From contig OY970218.1 in assembly GCA_963713975.1 (NCBI GenBank), forward strand, positions 1,920,001-1,984,000: a stretch of 64,000 bases of DNA, written 5' to 3'. The notes beneath the pieces were generated by a model. That model was not told the origin of the DNA and made no database searches. It worked only from the letters and a program-made list of their open reading frames with translations. Both the position numbers and the translations under genes were made by a program. This document shows, piece by piece, positions 28,891 to 38,896 of this stretch (its first letter is position 1; every line of letters begins with the position of its first letter). The DNA is from an uncultured Chloroflexia bacterium. GTDB lineage: Bacteria; Chloroflexota; Limnocylindria; Limnocylindrales; CSP1-4.

Positions 28891-29951
28891 GGCGCCCGCG
28901 GAGCGGGATCTCGGCACGCTTCCTGGTCGCCGCACTGGCGGTCGCCGGGGTCGCGCTCGGGATCGTCGCGGTCGGTGTGCTGCGGGTCGGCGGCGAGGCC
29001 TTCGAGGCGCTGATGATGGCCGCGGGCGACAGTGCCGACCATGCCCGCGAGATGTTCGACGCGAGCGTCACCGTCGTGTTCGCGATCGCCGCCGTGGTCG
29101 CCGCCGTGGTCGCCCTGGGACTGGCCGTGGTCCTGGCGCGCCGCCTCGCCCGTCCCATCGAGCGCCTGGCGGCGGCGGCCGCGAGGATCGCAGACGGCGA
29201 TCTAGAGGCACGGGTCCCCGAGGACGGCCCCACGGAGCTGCGAGCCCTGGCCGCCGCCTACAACCGGATGGCGGCCCGCCTCGCGGAGCAGGAATCGCTT
29301 CGCCGGGAGTTCATCGTGAATGCCTCGCACGAGCTGCGCACCCCGCTCACGAACCTGCAGGGCTATCTGGAGGCGCTCCGGGACGGGGTCATCCCGCCGG
29401 ACCCGGAGACGTTCGACTCCCTGCGCGAGGAGGTCGACAGGCTCACCCGTCTCGCCGCCTCGCTGGACGTGCTGGCGGGCGCGGACGGTCACCGCGGCCG
29501 GGTCCAGGAAGTTGACCTCGGCGGCATCGTCCGTGGCTCCGTGGACCTCGTGGCGCCCGCGCTCGCCCGGCGGTCCATCGACCTGGAGCTCGTGGCGCCG
29601 GAGGGCGTCCTCGTCCGGGGGCGGTCGGACGAGGTAGCCCAGGTGCTGGCCAACCTGCTCCAGAACGCGGTCAGGTACACGCCGCCGGGGGGACGGGTCA
29701 GGGTGACGGTGGATCACGATGGCGACCTGGCCCGGGTGCGTGTCGCCAACACCGGCCCGGCCATCCCGCCCGAGGACCTGCCACGGATCTGGGAGCGCTT
29801 CTACCGGGTGGAGAAGTCGCGGGCCCGTGAACGTGGTGGGGCGGGCATCGGGCTGGCCATCGTGAAGCAGCTGGTCGAGGGAGGGGGAGGGCGCGTCGGG
29901 GTCGTGTCGCAAGGCGGCTGGACCGAGTTCACCGTGCTGCTGCCCGCCTGA
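28887..29951 (+). CDS. Sensor histidine kinase (HAMP, HisKA, HATPase; BaeS-like)
   Basis: Two TM helices, HAMP, SHELRTPL, NLL.NA..Y, FYRVEKSR, GAGIGLAI. Confidence 0.93.
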   Translation: MRRPRSGISARFLVAALAVAGVALGIVAVGVLRVGGEAFEALMMAAGDSADHAREMFDASVTVVFAIAAVVAAVVALGLAVVLARRLARPIERLAAAAARIADGDLEARVPEDGPTELRALAAAYNRMAARLAEQESLRREFIVNASHELRTPLTNLQGYLEALRDGVIPPDPETFDSLREEVDRLTRLAASLDVLAGADGHRGRVQEVDLGGIVRGSVDLVAPALARRSIDLELVAPEGVLVRGRSDEVAQVLANLLQNAVRYTPPGGRVRVTVDHDGDLARVRVANTGPAIPPEDLPRIWERFYRVEKSRARERGGAGIGLAIVKQLVEGGGGRVGVVSQGGWTEFTVLLPA

Positions 29952-29953
29952 CC

Positions 29954-30008
29954 GACGGAAGACCGCTCGCGACGGAGGACACCCCCGTCGGCCGGCTGAC
30001 CTTCCGTC
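29954..30008 (+). terminator. Nested stem-loop after the two-component operon
   Basis: GACGGAAG pairs with CTTCCGTC (outer stem) and CGACGG with CCGTCG (inner stem). No U-tract. Confidence 0.4.
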
Positions 30009-30086
30009 CGCAAGGTTGGGCGGCGTATGCTCAGCGGGCCGGAGTCGCCGGCAGGTGCCGTCGGGGCCGTGCCAGGGAGGCAAGAG

Positions 30087-30605
30087 GTGCGCGAGCAGGT
30101 CGTCGCGTGGGCGGGGGACTGCATCGTTCGCGGGGACGTGGAGCTCGGCGAGGGACGCCTGAGCGACCAGGTCAACGACCTGGACATCGTAACCTTCTAT
30201 GACGTCACGCTGCAGGCGCTCGATGACGGGCGCGAGGTGCGGCAGGACGAGCTCGAGGTGGGTCGCGGCGAGTTGCATGTGATCGAGGTGCGCGGCCGGC
30301 GCGGCGACCCGGAGCGGCGCCTCCGGACGGTGGAGGAGCACGTGGCGCTGGAGCTCGGGCCGTTCGTGGTCACGGGCAACCTGCATCGGCCGCCGCACAC
30401 CCAGCCGCTGGCCGCGCTCTCCCGCTGGGCGCGCTTCGTACCGCTGACGGACGCCGTGGTGAGCATGCGGGATCGGGAGGGGGACCGGGTGGCCGAGGAG
30501 GTCGTGCTGGTCAACCGCGATCGGATCAGCCGCACGGATCACCTGATGGCACCGCCCTTCCACGCCCCGGTCCCGGAGCCGCCCGCCACGGGTCAACCCG
30601 GCTGA
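30087..30605 (+). CDS. Hypothetical beta-rich protein (DUF6812-like, internal duplication)
   Basis: RG....RLSD..N and GNLH...FVPLTDA...VLVNR repeats. Start uncertain (30027 or 30087). Confidence 0.65.
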   Translation: MREQVVAWAGDCIVRGDVELGEGRLSDQVNDLDIVTFYDVTLQALDDGREVRQDELEVGRGELHVIEVRGRRGDPERRLRTVEEHVALELGPFVVTGNLHRPPHTQPLAALSRWARFVPLTDAVVSMRDREGDRVAEEVVLVNRDRISRTDHLMAPPFHAPVPEPPATGQPG

Positions 30606-30626
30606 CCCACCCTCCGCTCGCCGGGC

Positions 30627-31289
30627 ATGCCGTACCATTTGTCCCGATCAGGTCGCCTTGATCAGGGGCGGCGATCGAATTCGTGGGACAGCGGATTGGA
30701 CGACTGGGGACACAATCTCGGGATCGATGGCGTCGCCGCGACGATGGGCGGCCCCGAGGTGGACATCGAGCTGGTCGGACCGCACCTGCGGGTGGGCGGG
30801 CGCATCGCCCTGGGGCGCTTCCACCGCCTCAGTGACCGCATCAACCACGGACGGGGCTTCCTCCTGCTCCACGATGCCCGGCTGCTCAAGCGCAACGGGG
30901 ATCCCACGCCCCTCGTGGTGAAGGAGCTGTACGTCAACCAGGACGAGGTCACCTTCGTCGCGATGCCCCACATCGCGGACGTCGGCCTCCACCTGTCCGC
31001 TGATATGGACCGGCCGATGATCCAGAAGCAGACCCGGCGCCACATCGTGTTCACGCCGGGCCACGTGATCTCCGGCCTGGTCCACGTCCACTCGGAGATG
31101 TCCATCGCGGGGTTCGTGGACTCCACCGATCCCCGCTTCATCCCGATGACGCACGTCTCGGCCCGGTCGCTCGCCGACCGCCGGGTCGTGAGCCACTTCG
31201 ACCTCCTGCTCGTGAACCGCACCCAGATGACCGCGGTGGCCGAGGCAGCACCCGCCGACGCCGAGGCTCCCGCCGTGGAGACGAGCTGA
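30627..31289 (+). CDS. Hypothetical protein paralogous to the upstream gene (DUF6812-like)
   Basis: GRI...RLSDRIN...FLLLHDA...YVN and GLVH...RFIPMT...LLVNR. The true start may be downstream (e.g. 30744). Confidence 0.65.
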   Translation: MPYHLSRSGRLDQGRRSNSWDSGLDDWGHNLGIDGVAATMGGPEVDIELVGPHLRVGGRIALGRFHRLSDRINHGRGFLLLHDARLLKRNGDPTPLVVKELYVNQDEVTFVAMPHIADVGLHLSADMDRPMIQKQTRRHIVFTPGHVISGLVHVHSEMSIAGFVDSTDPRFIPMTHVSARSLADRRVVSHFDLLLVNRTQMTAVAEAAPADAEAPAVETS

Positions 31290-31329
31290 CGGCGATGGCC
31301 GTTCAGGGCGGACGCCCCAGCCGACTGCC

Positions 31330-32154
31330 ATGAGCTTCCTGCTCCGCCTCCTGCGACCGCGACCGGCCGACGACGAGTGGGCTGTCGAGGACGTCGTCGA
31401 CGAGGTCCCGGCGGCCACGCCCGAACCCCTGGAGCCCGTCCCGGAGCCACCGGCCGCGATCGCCTGCCCATCGTGTGCAACGCTGGTCGACCCGCCGCCC
31501 ACCCGCAATCGGCGCTGCCCCCGGTGCCGGCAGACCATCGTCGTGCGTCGCGTCGGCGGCCGCGCCGTCTACCTTACCGAGGCGGCCGTGGAGGTCTTCG
31601 AGGCCGAGCGCCGGCGCGAGGCCAACGTTGCCACCTGGACGCAGGCCCGCGTCCAGTGGCTGCGCCGGGCCCGCCTCGTCGGAGCTCCCGAGGACCGGCG
31701 CCAGCGCATCGCCGCCCACGCCGTGTCGGCCGAGGCGGTGGAGGAGGCCCGGGCGCTCTACCTCGCACACGCATCGAAGGCAGCCAAGGCCGCGAGGCGG
31801 ACGCACACCTGGGACGAGGTCGCCCGGATCGAGCGCGAGCAGGCGGCCGCGCTGTACCAGGACGCCGGATCGCCGGTGCCACCACCGGAGGAGATCGCGG
31901 GGCTCCACACCGACGCGATGACGGCGCTGCTGCGGTCCCTGCGGCCGCTGGGGACCCACGCGGAGATCGTCGGAGGAAGCTGCTGCTCCGCCTGTCGCGG
32001 CGACGACGGCCGGGCCTTCCCGATCGCCGAGGAGCTGCGCACGCCCCGGCTGCCGCATGCCGGCTGCCCCCGCGGCCTGTGCCCCTGTGAGTGGTGGGTC
32101 GGCGGAACCCCCAAGAAGAAGCGGACGCGGCGCCGGCGATCCACGCCCGCCTGA
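31330..32154 (+). CDS. Hypothetical Cys-rich (zinc-binding) protein
   Basis: CPSC...CPRC ribbon, C-terminal CCSAC...LPHAGC...CPC, basic tail. Confidence 0.7.
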   Translation: MSFLLRLLRPRPADDEWAVEDVVDEVPAATPEPLEPVPEPPAAIACPSCATLVDPPPTRNRRCPRCRQTIVVRRVGGRAVYLTEAAVEVFEAERRREANVATWTQARVQWLRRARLVGAPEDRRQRIAAHAVSAEAVEEARALYLAHASKAAKAARRTHTWDEVARIEREQAAALYQDAGSPVPPPEEIAGLHTDAMTALLRSLRPLGTHAEIVGGSCCSACRGDDGRAFPIAEELRTPRLPHAGCPRGLCPCEWWVGGTPKKKRTRRRRSTPA

Positions 32155-32239
32155 GCCGGGCAGGACGGCGCGGCGTCGGCACGACCCCACCCCGGGGCCT
32201 CTAGAATCCTGCGAACCGAATCACAGGGAGCCAGCGCAC

Positions 32240-33442
32240 ATGCAGAGCCATGCCATCACGATGCTCGGCACAGGTCTCATCGGGGACTTCTACACGATGA
32301 CCCTCCACGGCCAACGCGGCCGCGACCGCGTCCGGGTCGTCTACTCGCGGAGCGAGGGCCGCGGCCGCGCGTTCAGCGAGCGCTGGGGCATCCCCGAGTT
32401 CACGACCGACATGGCGGCGGCGGTTCGCCATCCTGAGACCGATGTCGTGGTGGTCGCGCTTCCCAACCACCTCCACGAGGAGGCCGTGAAGGCCATTGCC
32501 GCCGCGGGCAAGGCGGTCCTGTGCACCAAGCCGCTCGGCCGGACGGCAGCGGAGGCGCGCCGGATGCTCGACGCGGTCGAGCGCGCCGGCGTGTTCGGCG
32601 GCTACCTCGAGGACCTGTGCTACACGCCCAAGACCCTCAAGGCGATCAAGTCCGTCCGTGACGGCGCGCTGGGCGACGTGACCTGGGTCCGCTCTCGCGA
32701 GACGCATCCCGGGCCGCATAGCGCCTGGTTCTGGGACGGCCGGCTGACCGGTGGCGGCGCGATCATCGACCTCGGCTGCCACTGCATCGAGATCATCCGG
32801 AACTTCGTGGGCAAGGGCAATCGGCCCGTGTCGGTCATGTGCACCACGGACACCCTCGTCCACCCGATCGACGACGAGGACAACGCGATCGCGCTCATCC
32901 GGTTCGAGTCCGGTGCCATCGGCCAGTTCGAGGTCAGCTGGACGTTCCGCGGCGGCATGGACCTGCGGGACGAGGTGGCCGGCACCCACGGCACCATCTG
33001 GCTCGATCACTTCCTGCGCACGGGGTTCGAGATGTTCACCGCGGGCGGATCCAGCGGCTATGTCGCCGAGAAGGCCGAGACGGCAGCGGGATGGCTGTTC
33101 CCGGTGGGCGACGAGGTGGCCGAGCTGGGCTATGTCGACATGTTCACGGACATGTTCAACGCCATCGACACCGGCGGCACGCCGCAGGAGTCGTTCTACG
33201 ACGGCTACGTGGTCAACGCGGTCATGGACGCCGCCTACCGCTCCGCGAAGAACGGCGCCTGGGAGCCCGTGGACCTGTTCGAGTGGCGTGGCGGCTCGAC
33301 GCAGCGGATCACGGCGACCGGCGAGCGGTACGAGGGCTTCGTGGTCATCAAGCGGGAGATCCTGCCGGACGGCCGCGTCAAGATGATCCTCAAGGACCCC
33401 GCCACCGGGGACTATCTCGATCGGATCGTCGAAGGGGCGTGA
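32240..33442 (+). CDS. Gfo/Idh/MocA-family oxidoreductase #1
   Basis: [33 protein letters not shown]. Confidence 0.9.
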   Translation: MQSHAITMLGTGLIGDFYTMTLHGQRGRDRVRVVYSRSEGRGRAFSERWGIPEFTTDMAAAVRHPETDVVVVALPNHLHEEAVKAIAAAGKAVLCTKPLGRTAAEARRMLDAVERAGVFGGYLEDLCYTPKTLKAIKSVRDGALGDVTWVRSRETHPGPHSAWFWDGRLTGGGAIIDLGCHCIEIIRNFVGKGNRPVSVMCTTDTLVHPIDDEDNAIALIRFESGAIGQFEVSWTFRGGMDLRDEVAGTHGTIWLDHFLRTGFEMFTAGGSSGYVAEKAETAAGWLFPVGDEVAELGYVDMFTDMFNAIDTGGTPQESFYDGYVVNAVMDAAYRSAKNGAWEPVDLFEWRGGSTQRITATGERYEGFVVIKREILPDGRVKMILKDPATGDYLDRIVEGA

Positions 33443-34170
33443 GCGCACCCGGGTTCCGGCTCGAGGTCCTGCCCGCCGCGGGCTGGGCCGCCACGGTGGC
33501 CGAGGCGATGCGTGACCGGCTCCAGGACCGGCCGGGGCTGTGTGTCTGCCTGCCGACTGGCGACACCCCGACCCCGGTCTACGCCGAGCTGGTTGCCGCG
33601 GAACGACGTGGCGAGGTCTCCCTGGCGGCGGCGACGGTCGTCCTGCTCGACGAATGGGTGGACCTTCCGCGTCACGATCCGGCCCGCTGTGACGCCCGAT
33701 TGCGGGCCGAGCTCGTCGGCCGGCTCCTGGCGCCTCCGGCGTTCGTGCCGATCGACGTCGACGGGCCGGATGTCGAGGCCGCCGCCGTCGCCCACGACCG
33801 TGTGATCGCCCGGGGGCTCGATCTCGCCGTCCTGGGCCTGGGCATGAACGGGCATGTCGGCTTCAACGAGCCCGGGTCGCGGCCCGACGACCCGACCCGG
33901 CTCGTGCGCCTGGCGCGCTCGTCGCGAGAGGCCGCGATCACGCGCTACGGCGCCGGCGTCACGCCGACGGCCGGGATCACCGTCGGCCTGTCACGCCTGC
34001 TCGAGGCGGGGGAGTGCTGGCTCCTCGTCACCGGCGAGCGCAAGGCATCGATCCTCCGTCGAGCGCTGGACGAGCCGGAGGGCCCGGACTGTCCCGCGTC
34101 CTACCTGCGCAGGCACCCGCGCCTGACGGTCTTCGCCGACGATGCTGCGGGGTCCTTGCTGCGGCGGTAG
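33439..34170 (+). CDS. nagB: Glucosamine-6-phosphate deaminase-like protein
   Basis: [43 protein letters not shown] overlap. Confidence 0.8.
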   Translation: MSAPGFRLEVLPAAGWAATVAEAMRDRLQDRPGLCVCLPTGDTPTPVYAELVAAERRGEVSLAAATVVLLDEWVDLPRHDPARCDARLRAELVGRLLAPPAFVPIDVDGPDVEAAAVAHDRVIARGLDLAVLGLGMNGHVGFNEPGSRPDDPTRLVRLARSSREAAITRYGAGVTPTAGITVGLSRLLEAGECWLLVTGERKASILRRALDEPEGPDCPASYLRRHPRLTVFADDAAGSLLRR

Positions 34171-34437
34171 CGGGGCAGGGGGCCCCTGAGCGTCAGCGAG
34201 CCACGGAGCGTCAGCGCTCACCCCGTGACCGCCGCGAGATCGCCGGGGCGTTGTCGAGTGGCCATGGGGTGACCCTGGCAGTGGTCACCTACGTGGGCTC
34301 AATGCACCCTCCGTTCCCCACGGGAGCGAACGGTGAACCGGGGGGCGATGCTGTTCCACCGGTGAGTGGGATCGGGGCTCGAGGCGCGTGGCCAGCGCCG
34401 GACCGCCGCGCCCGGACCGAGGCCGCGCCCGGTCTGA

Positions 34438-35808
34438 TCACGCCCCCGGCGTCACACCCGCCGCCATCGAGGCCGCCAGGCCGCTGGGCTCGCCCGCCTC
34501 TACCCAACGAGCCAGCGACTCCCGGCTGAACAGCTGGTCCACCACCATGGCGGAGGCGCCGATCACGCCGGCCAGGGAGCCCAGTGATGAGCGCTGGACC
34601 AGGAGGTCCCGCGTTGCCAGCGGCAGGCCCCTGCCATAGACGACCTCGCGGATCGACGCCAGCAGGACGTCCCCGCTCTGGGCCACCCCACCCCCGATGA
34701 CGACCAGGGACGGGTTGAAGAAGTTGACGACGCCGGCCAGCATCAGGCCCACGCGGCGACCGGCGGCCTGGAGGAGCTCGGTGGCCACGGGGTCGCCGAA
34801 GGAGGCCGCCCGCGCGACGTCCTCGGCCGTGACCGGCCGGTGGGCATCGAGGATCGCCCGCAGCCTTGGGCTCCGACCTTCCCGGGCCGCAGCCTCGCCG
34901 TCGCGGGCGAGGGCCCCGCCTCCCGCGAGCGCCTCGAGGCACCCGGTGTTCCCGCACCGGCACACCACCGATGGGTCGTCGGAGACGTGGCTGTGGCCCA
35001 CATCCCCGGCGGAGCCTTGGGCGCCCCGATGCAGGCGGCCATCCGAGATGATGCCGGCGCCGATTCCCGTCCCGATCTTGACCACGATCACGTTCTCGTG
35101 TCCGGCGGCAACACCCGATCGCCACTCGCCGAGCGCCAGGACGTTGACGTCGTTGTCGACCCAGACCGGCACGCCGTAGCGTGCGGCGAAGCGCTCCCGG
35201 GGCGGGTAGTGATCCCAGCCCGGCATGATCGGCGGGGAGACCGGCCGCCCGGTCCGGAACTCGACTGGGCCCGGCACGCCGATCCCGATCCCCCACAGCC
35301 GGCCGGGGAGCCGCCGTCGCGGCGCCTGCAGCTCCTGGAACAGCTCGTCCACGCGGGCCAGCACGACCTCGGGTCCGGACGAGATGTCGGCCGGCTCGTC
35401 CATATGGCCGAGGATCCGTCCGTCCAGCGTCGTGACCGCGACGTCGACGCTTGTCGCCCCGAGGTCGGCGACCAGGATGTGCCCGGCGTCGCCCTGGAAC
35501 GCAAGCTGCCTCGGCGGCCGGCCCCCCGTGCTGGGTCCCGGTGGCCCCTCGGTGACCAACCCGCGATCCAGGAGCTCGGAGACGCGCCGGGCGACCACGG
35601 TCCGCGACAAACCCGTCTCGGCGACCAGGTCCGCCCTGGACCGGGTGTGGCCCAGCCGGATGCCATCGAGCACGGTGGCCAGGGTGTCCAGGGTCTCGTC
35701 GGGAGGTACGGAAGGGTCCCCGGCACGCGGCCACCCGACCGCGCCTGCGGTGGCCCGGCCAAAGTTGCCGCCAGGGACCGAGTGGTCACCCACGAGGGGA
35801 TCGTACAC
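34438..35808 (-). CDS. ROK-family transcriptional repressor (HTH plus ROK)
   Basis: SRADLVAETGLS HTH, STGGRPP, GIGVPGPV, DNDVN..ALGE, GDVGH, CRCGNTGCLE. Start uncertain. Confidence 0.9.
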   Translation of the reverse strand: MYDPLVGDHSVPGGNFGRATAGAVGWPRAGDPSVPPDETLDTLATVLDGIRLGHTRSRADLVAETGLSRTVVARRVSELLDRGLVTEGPPGPSTGGRPPRQLAFQGDAGHILVADLGATSVDVAVTTLDGRILGHMDEPADISSGPEVVLARVDELFQELQAPRRRLPGRLWGIGIGVPGPVEFRTGRPVSPPIMPGWDHYPPRERFAARYGVPVWVDNDVNVLALGEWRSGVAAGHENVIVVKIGTGIGAGIISDGRLHRGAQGSAGDVGHSHVSDDPSVVCRCGNTGCLEALAGGGALARDGEAAAREGRSPRLRAILDAHRPVTAEDVARAASFGDPVATELLQAAGRRVGLMLAGVVNFFNPSLVVIGGGVAQSGDVLLASIREVVYGRGLPLATRDLLVQRSSLGSLAGVIGASAMVVDQLFSRESLARWVEAGEPSGLAASMAAGVTPGA

Positions 35809-35832
35809 GGGCCATCCTCGGACCGGCACTCC

Positions 35833-35857
35833 ACTTTTGCATTTGACCGGCAGAAGT
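35833..35857. promoter_or_regulatory. 25-bp imperfect palindrome ACTTTTGC-N9-GCAGAAGT, putative ROK operator
   Basis: AT-rich inverted repeat (1 mismatch) between the ROK repressor and the divergent sugar operon. Confidence 0.6.
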
Positions 35858-36012
35858 AGCATCATGAGCGGAGGAACATCGCGCGTCCCCCGGATCGGCG
35901 CGACGGCCCCGTCGGATGCCGTGACCGGGACCCCGTCGACCGATGATCGCTCTAGCTGTATAGACTGGTTGCCGGCTCGTACCGGACGTCCAGGGGAGGT
36001 CAGCCGCAAGCC

Positions 36013-37170
36013 ATGCCGCGCCGCAGCGAGATCTCAGCCGCCGTCATCGGCAGCGGGTTCATCGGCACCGTTCACGTCGAGGCGCTTCGGCGGATCGGTG
36101 TGCGGGTCGCCGGCCTGCTTGAGTCCTCGCCTGAGCTGGGCGAGCAGCGGGCGGGAGAGCTGGGTCTGCCGCGGGCATACGTGAGCATCGAGGATCTCCT
36201 CGCCGACGACGTGCAGGTGGTCCACGTCACGTCGCCCAACGAGCTGCATCACGCGCAGGCCAGGCGGATCCTCGCCGCCGGGAAGCACATCGTGTGCGAG
36301 AAGCCGCTGGCGATGACGTCGACGGAGTCCGCGGAGCTGGTCGCCCTGGCCGCGGCTTCGGGTCTCGTGAACGCGGTCAACTTCAACATCCGCTTCTACC
36401 CGCTCAACCAGCACGTCTCGGCTCTGGTCGCCGACGGGGGCCTGGGCGACGTGCGCCTGGTCACCGGGCGCTACTTCCAGGACTGGCTGCTGTATGACAC
36501 GGACTGGAATTGGCGGCTGGAGAAGGACCAGGGCGGCGTGCTCCGCGCCGTGGGTGACATCGGCTCCCACTGGCTGGACCTGACGAGCTTCCTCAGCGGT
36601 CGCAGGGTCGAGGCCGTCATGGCCGATCTCACGACGTTCATCCCGATCCGCCGAAAGCCCGCCGGCCCGGTGCTCACGTTCTCCTCGGAGCGCGCGGCCG
36701 AGACGGTGCCGGTGGCGATCCACACCGAGGACACCGCGACCATCCTCCTGCGCTACGAGGGCGGCGCGCGCGGCAGCGTGGCGATCAGCCAGCTCAGCCC
36801 CGGGCGCAAGAACAGCATCGCCTACCAGATCGACGGCTCCTCCTCCGCCGTCGCGTGGGATTCGGAGCAGCCGGAGCAGTTGTGGATCGGTCATCGTGAC
36901 CGGCCCAACGAGCTCCTGCTCCGGAACCCCGCGTTGATGAACGCGGCCGGTGCCGCCGCGGCCCGGTTGCCCGGTGGCCACGTGGAGGGCTTCGCCGACA
37001 CCTTCGGCGCCGTGTTCACGGCCATCTACGACGATGTCCTCGCAGGGCGGCCGTCCGCTGCGCCCCGCTACGCAACGTTCCGTGATGGGCACGAGGAGAT
37101 GCTCGTGGGTGATGCGGTGCTCGAGAGCTCCCGGACCGGCACCTGGGTCACCGTCGAGCACCAGGCATGA
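36013..37170 (+). CDS. Gfo/Idh/MocA-family oxidoreductase #2
   Basis: GSGFIG, TSPN..H, CEKPLA, YFQDWL, NWR, DIGSHW.D, LPGGH.EG. Confidence 0.9.
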   Translation: MPRRSEISAAVIGSGFIGTVHVEALRRIGVRVAGLLESSPELGEQRAGELGLPRAYVSIEDLLADDVQVVHVTSPNELHHAQARRILAAGKHIVCEKPLAMTSTESAELVALAAASGLVNAVNFNIRFYPLNQHVSALVADGGLGDVRLVTGRYFQDWLLYDTDWNWRLEKDQGGVLRAVGDIGSHWLDLTSFLSGRRVEAVMADLTTFIPIRRKPAGPVLTFSSERAAETVPVAIHTEDTATILLRYEGGARGSVAISQLSPGRKNSIAYQIDGSSSAVAWDSEQPEQLWIGHRDRPNELLLRNPALMNAAGAAAARLPGGHVEGFADTFGAVFTAIYDDVLAGRPSAAPRYATFRDGHEEMLVGDAVLESSRTGTWVTVEHQA

Positions 37171-37219
37171 CCGGCACGTGCCCCACCATCACCCGTCACG
37201 CCGCGGAGGGTCTGCAACC

Positions 37220-38134
37220 GTGAAGCTCGGCTTCCTCACCGCCCCCTTCCCCGAGACTCCGCTCATGGACGTGGCCGACTGGGCTGTCGGGGCGGGCTTC
37301 GAGGTGCTCGAGATCGCCTGCTGGCCGCACAGCTCCGGGCCCACCCGCCGGTACGCCGGGACCAGCCACATCGACGTCGCGAACCTGTCCGCGTCGCAGG
37401 CGGTCGAGATCCGGGGCGAGCTCGAAGCGAAGGGCCTGGCCATCTCCGGCCTCGGCTTCTATCCCAACCCGCTCCACCCGGATCCGGAGCACCGGGCATC
37501 GGTCATCGGCCACCTCAAGCGGGTCATCGAGGCCGCCGAGAAGATGAACGTGCCGCTGGTCAACACGTTCATGGGCGGTGACGCGGCCCTCAACCAGGAC
37601 CAGAACTGGGAGCGGGCCCTCGAGATCTGGCCCGACATCGTCCGGTTCGCGGATGATCACGGGCGGAAGATCACCCTCGAGAACTGCCCGATGCTGTTCA
37701 GCCACGACGAGTGGCCGGGCGGGCACAACATCGCCACCACGCCCCGCATCTGGCGCCGCATCCTCGAACAGTGGGGCGACACCATCGGCCTCAACTTCGA
37801 TCCGTCGCACCTGGTCCTGCAGATGATCGACATGCGCCGGTTCCTCAAGGAGTTCGGCGCGCACGTGCTCCATTTCCAGGCAAAGGACCTGATGATCGAC
37901 GTCGACGGGCTCTACGAGCGCGGCGTGTTCTCGATGGGGATGGGCTGGCAGATCCCGCGCATCCCGGGGCTTGGCGAGACCGACTGGAGCGTCGTCTTCA
38001 GCGAGCTGTATCGCCAGGGCTACGAGGGCGACTGCATCATCGAGCACGAGGATCGGCGGTTCGAGGGGACCGACGAGAAGGTCAAGCAGGGCTTCCTCAT
38101 CGCGCGGGACGTCCTGCGCCCGTACTGCAAGTAG
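37220..38134 (+). CDS. Sugar phosphate isomerase/epimerase (xylose isomerase-like TIM barrel)
   Basis: LEI.CWP, ENCPM, GLNFDPSHL, H..AKD, R.PGLG..DW, IEHED metal ligands. GTG start after GGAGG. Confidence 0.88.
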   Translation: MKLGFLTAPFPETPLMDVADWAVGAGFEVLEIACWPHSSGPTRRYAGTSHIDVANLSASQAVEIRGELEAKGLAISGLGFYPNPLHPDPEHRASVIGHLKRVIEAAEKMNVPLVNTFMGGDAALNQDQNWERALEIWPDIVRFADDHGRKITLENCPMLFSHDEWPGGHNIATTPRIWRRILEQWGDTIGLNFDPSHLVLQMIDMRRFLKEFGAHVLHFQAKDLMIDVDGLYERGVFSMGMGWQIPRIPGLGETDWSVVFSELYRQGYEGDCIIEHEDRRFEGTDEKVKQGFLIARDVLRPYCK

Positions 38135-38155
38135 CACCACCCACCCAGGAGCTCC

Positions 38156-38896
38156 ATGGCACTCAGCATCGACCAACTCACCGAGCGCGACATCGCCAAG
38201 ACGATCGACCACTCGCTCCTGCGGCCGGAGCTCGACGACGCGTTCGTCGAGGATGGCTGCCGCCTCGCGGCGAAGTACGACGTGGCCTCGGTCTGCGTCC
38301 GCCCGACCGACGTCAGGCGCGCCAGGGCCATCCTGGGCGGCACGGATGTGGCGGTCGGCACGACGATCGGCTTCCCCCATGGCAACCACGTCACCGAGAC
38401 GAAGGTCTTCGAGGCCCGGCGTGCCCTCGCCGACGGCGCGACCGAGCTCGACATGGTTCTCCTCATCGGCGCCCTCAGGAGCGGTCGTGACGAGGACGTC
38501 CTGGCCGACATCAGGGCGGTCGTGGACGTCGCCCATGCCGGCGGCGGGATCGTCAAGGTGATCTTTGAGAACGCCTATCTCACGGACGACGAGAAAGTGC
38601 GGGCCTGTCGCCTGACCGAGGCCGCCGGAGGCGACTTCGTCAAGACCAGCACCGGCTTCGCCCCGTCCGGCGCCACGCACCATGATCTGCGCCTGATGCG
38701 CGCCAGCACATCGCCCCACGTCCGGGTCAAGGCGGCCGGCGGGGTGCGGACGCTGGACGCGCTGCTGGCCGTGATGGAGCTTGGGGTGACCCGCATCGGC
38801 GCCACGGCGACCGAGGCAATCATCCTGGACTTCCGGGCCCGCAAGACGGGCGAGGGCCTGGCGCTCGTGAACCCGGTCGAGGCAGGAGGCTACTGA
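38156..38896 (+). CDS. deoC: Deoxyribose-phosphate aldolase
   Basis: IDHSLL, SVCV.P, IGFPHG, ELDMV, KVIFE, FVKTSTGF, VKAAGGVR. Confidence 0.92.
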   Translation: MALSIDQLTERDIAKTIDHSLLRPELDDAFVEDGCRLAAKYDVASVCVRPTDVRRARAILGGTDVAVGTTIGFPHGNHVTETKVFEARRALADGATELDMVLLIGALRSGRDEDVLADIRAVVDVAHAGGGIVKVIFENAYLTDDEKVRACRLTEAAGGDFVKTSTGFAPSGATHHDLRLMRASTSPHVRVKAAGGVRTLDALLAVMELGVTRIGATATEAIILDFRARKTGEGLALVNPVEAGGY

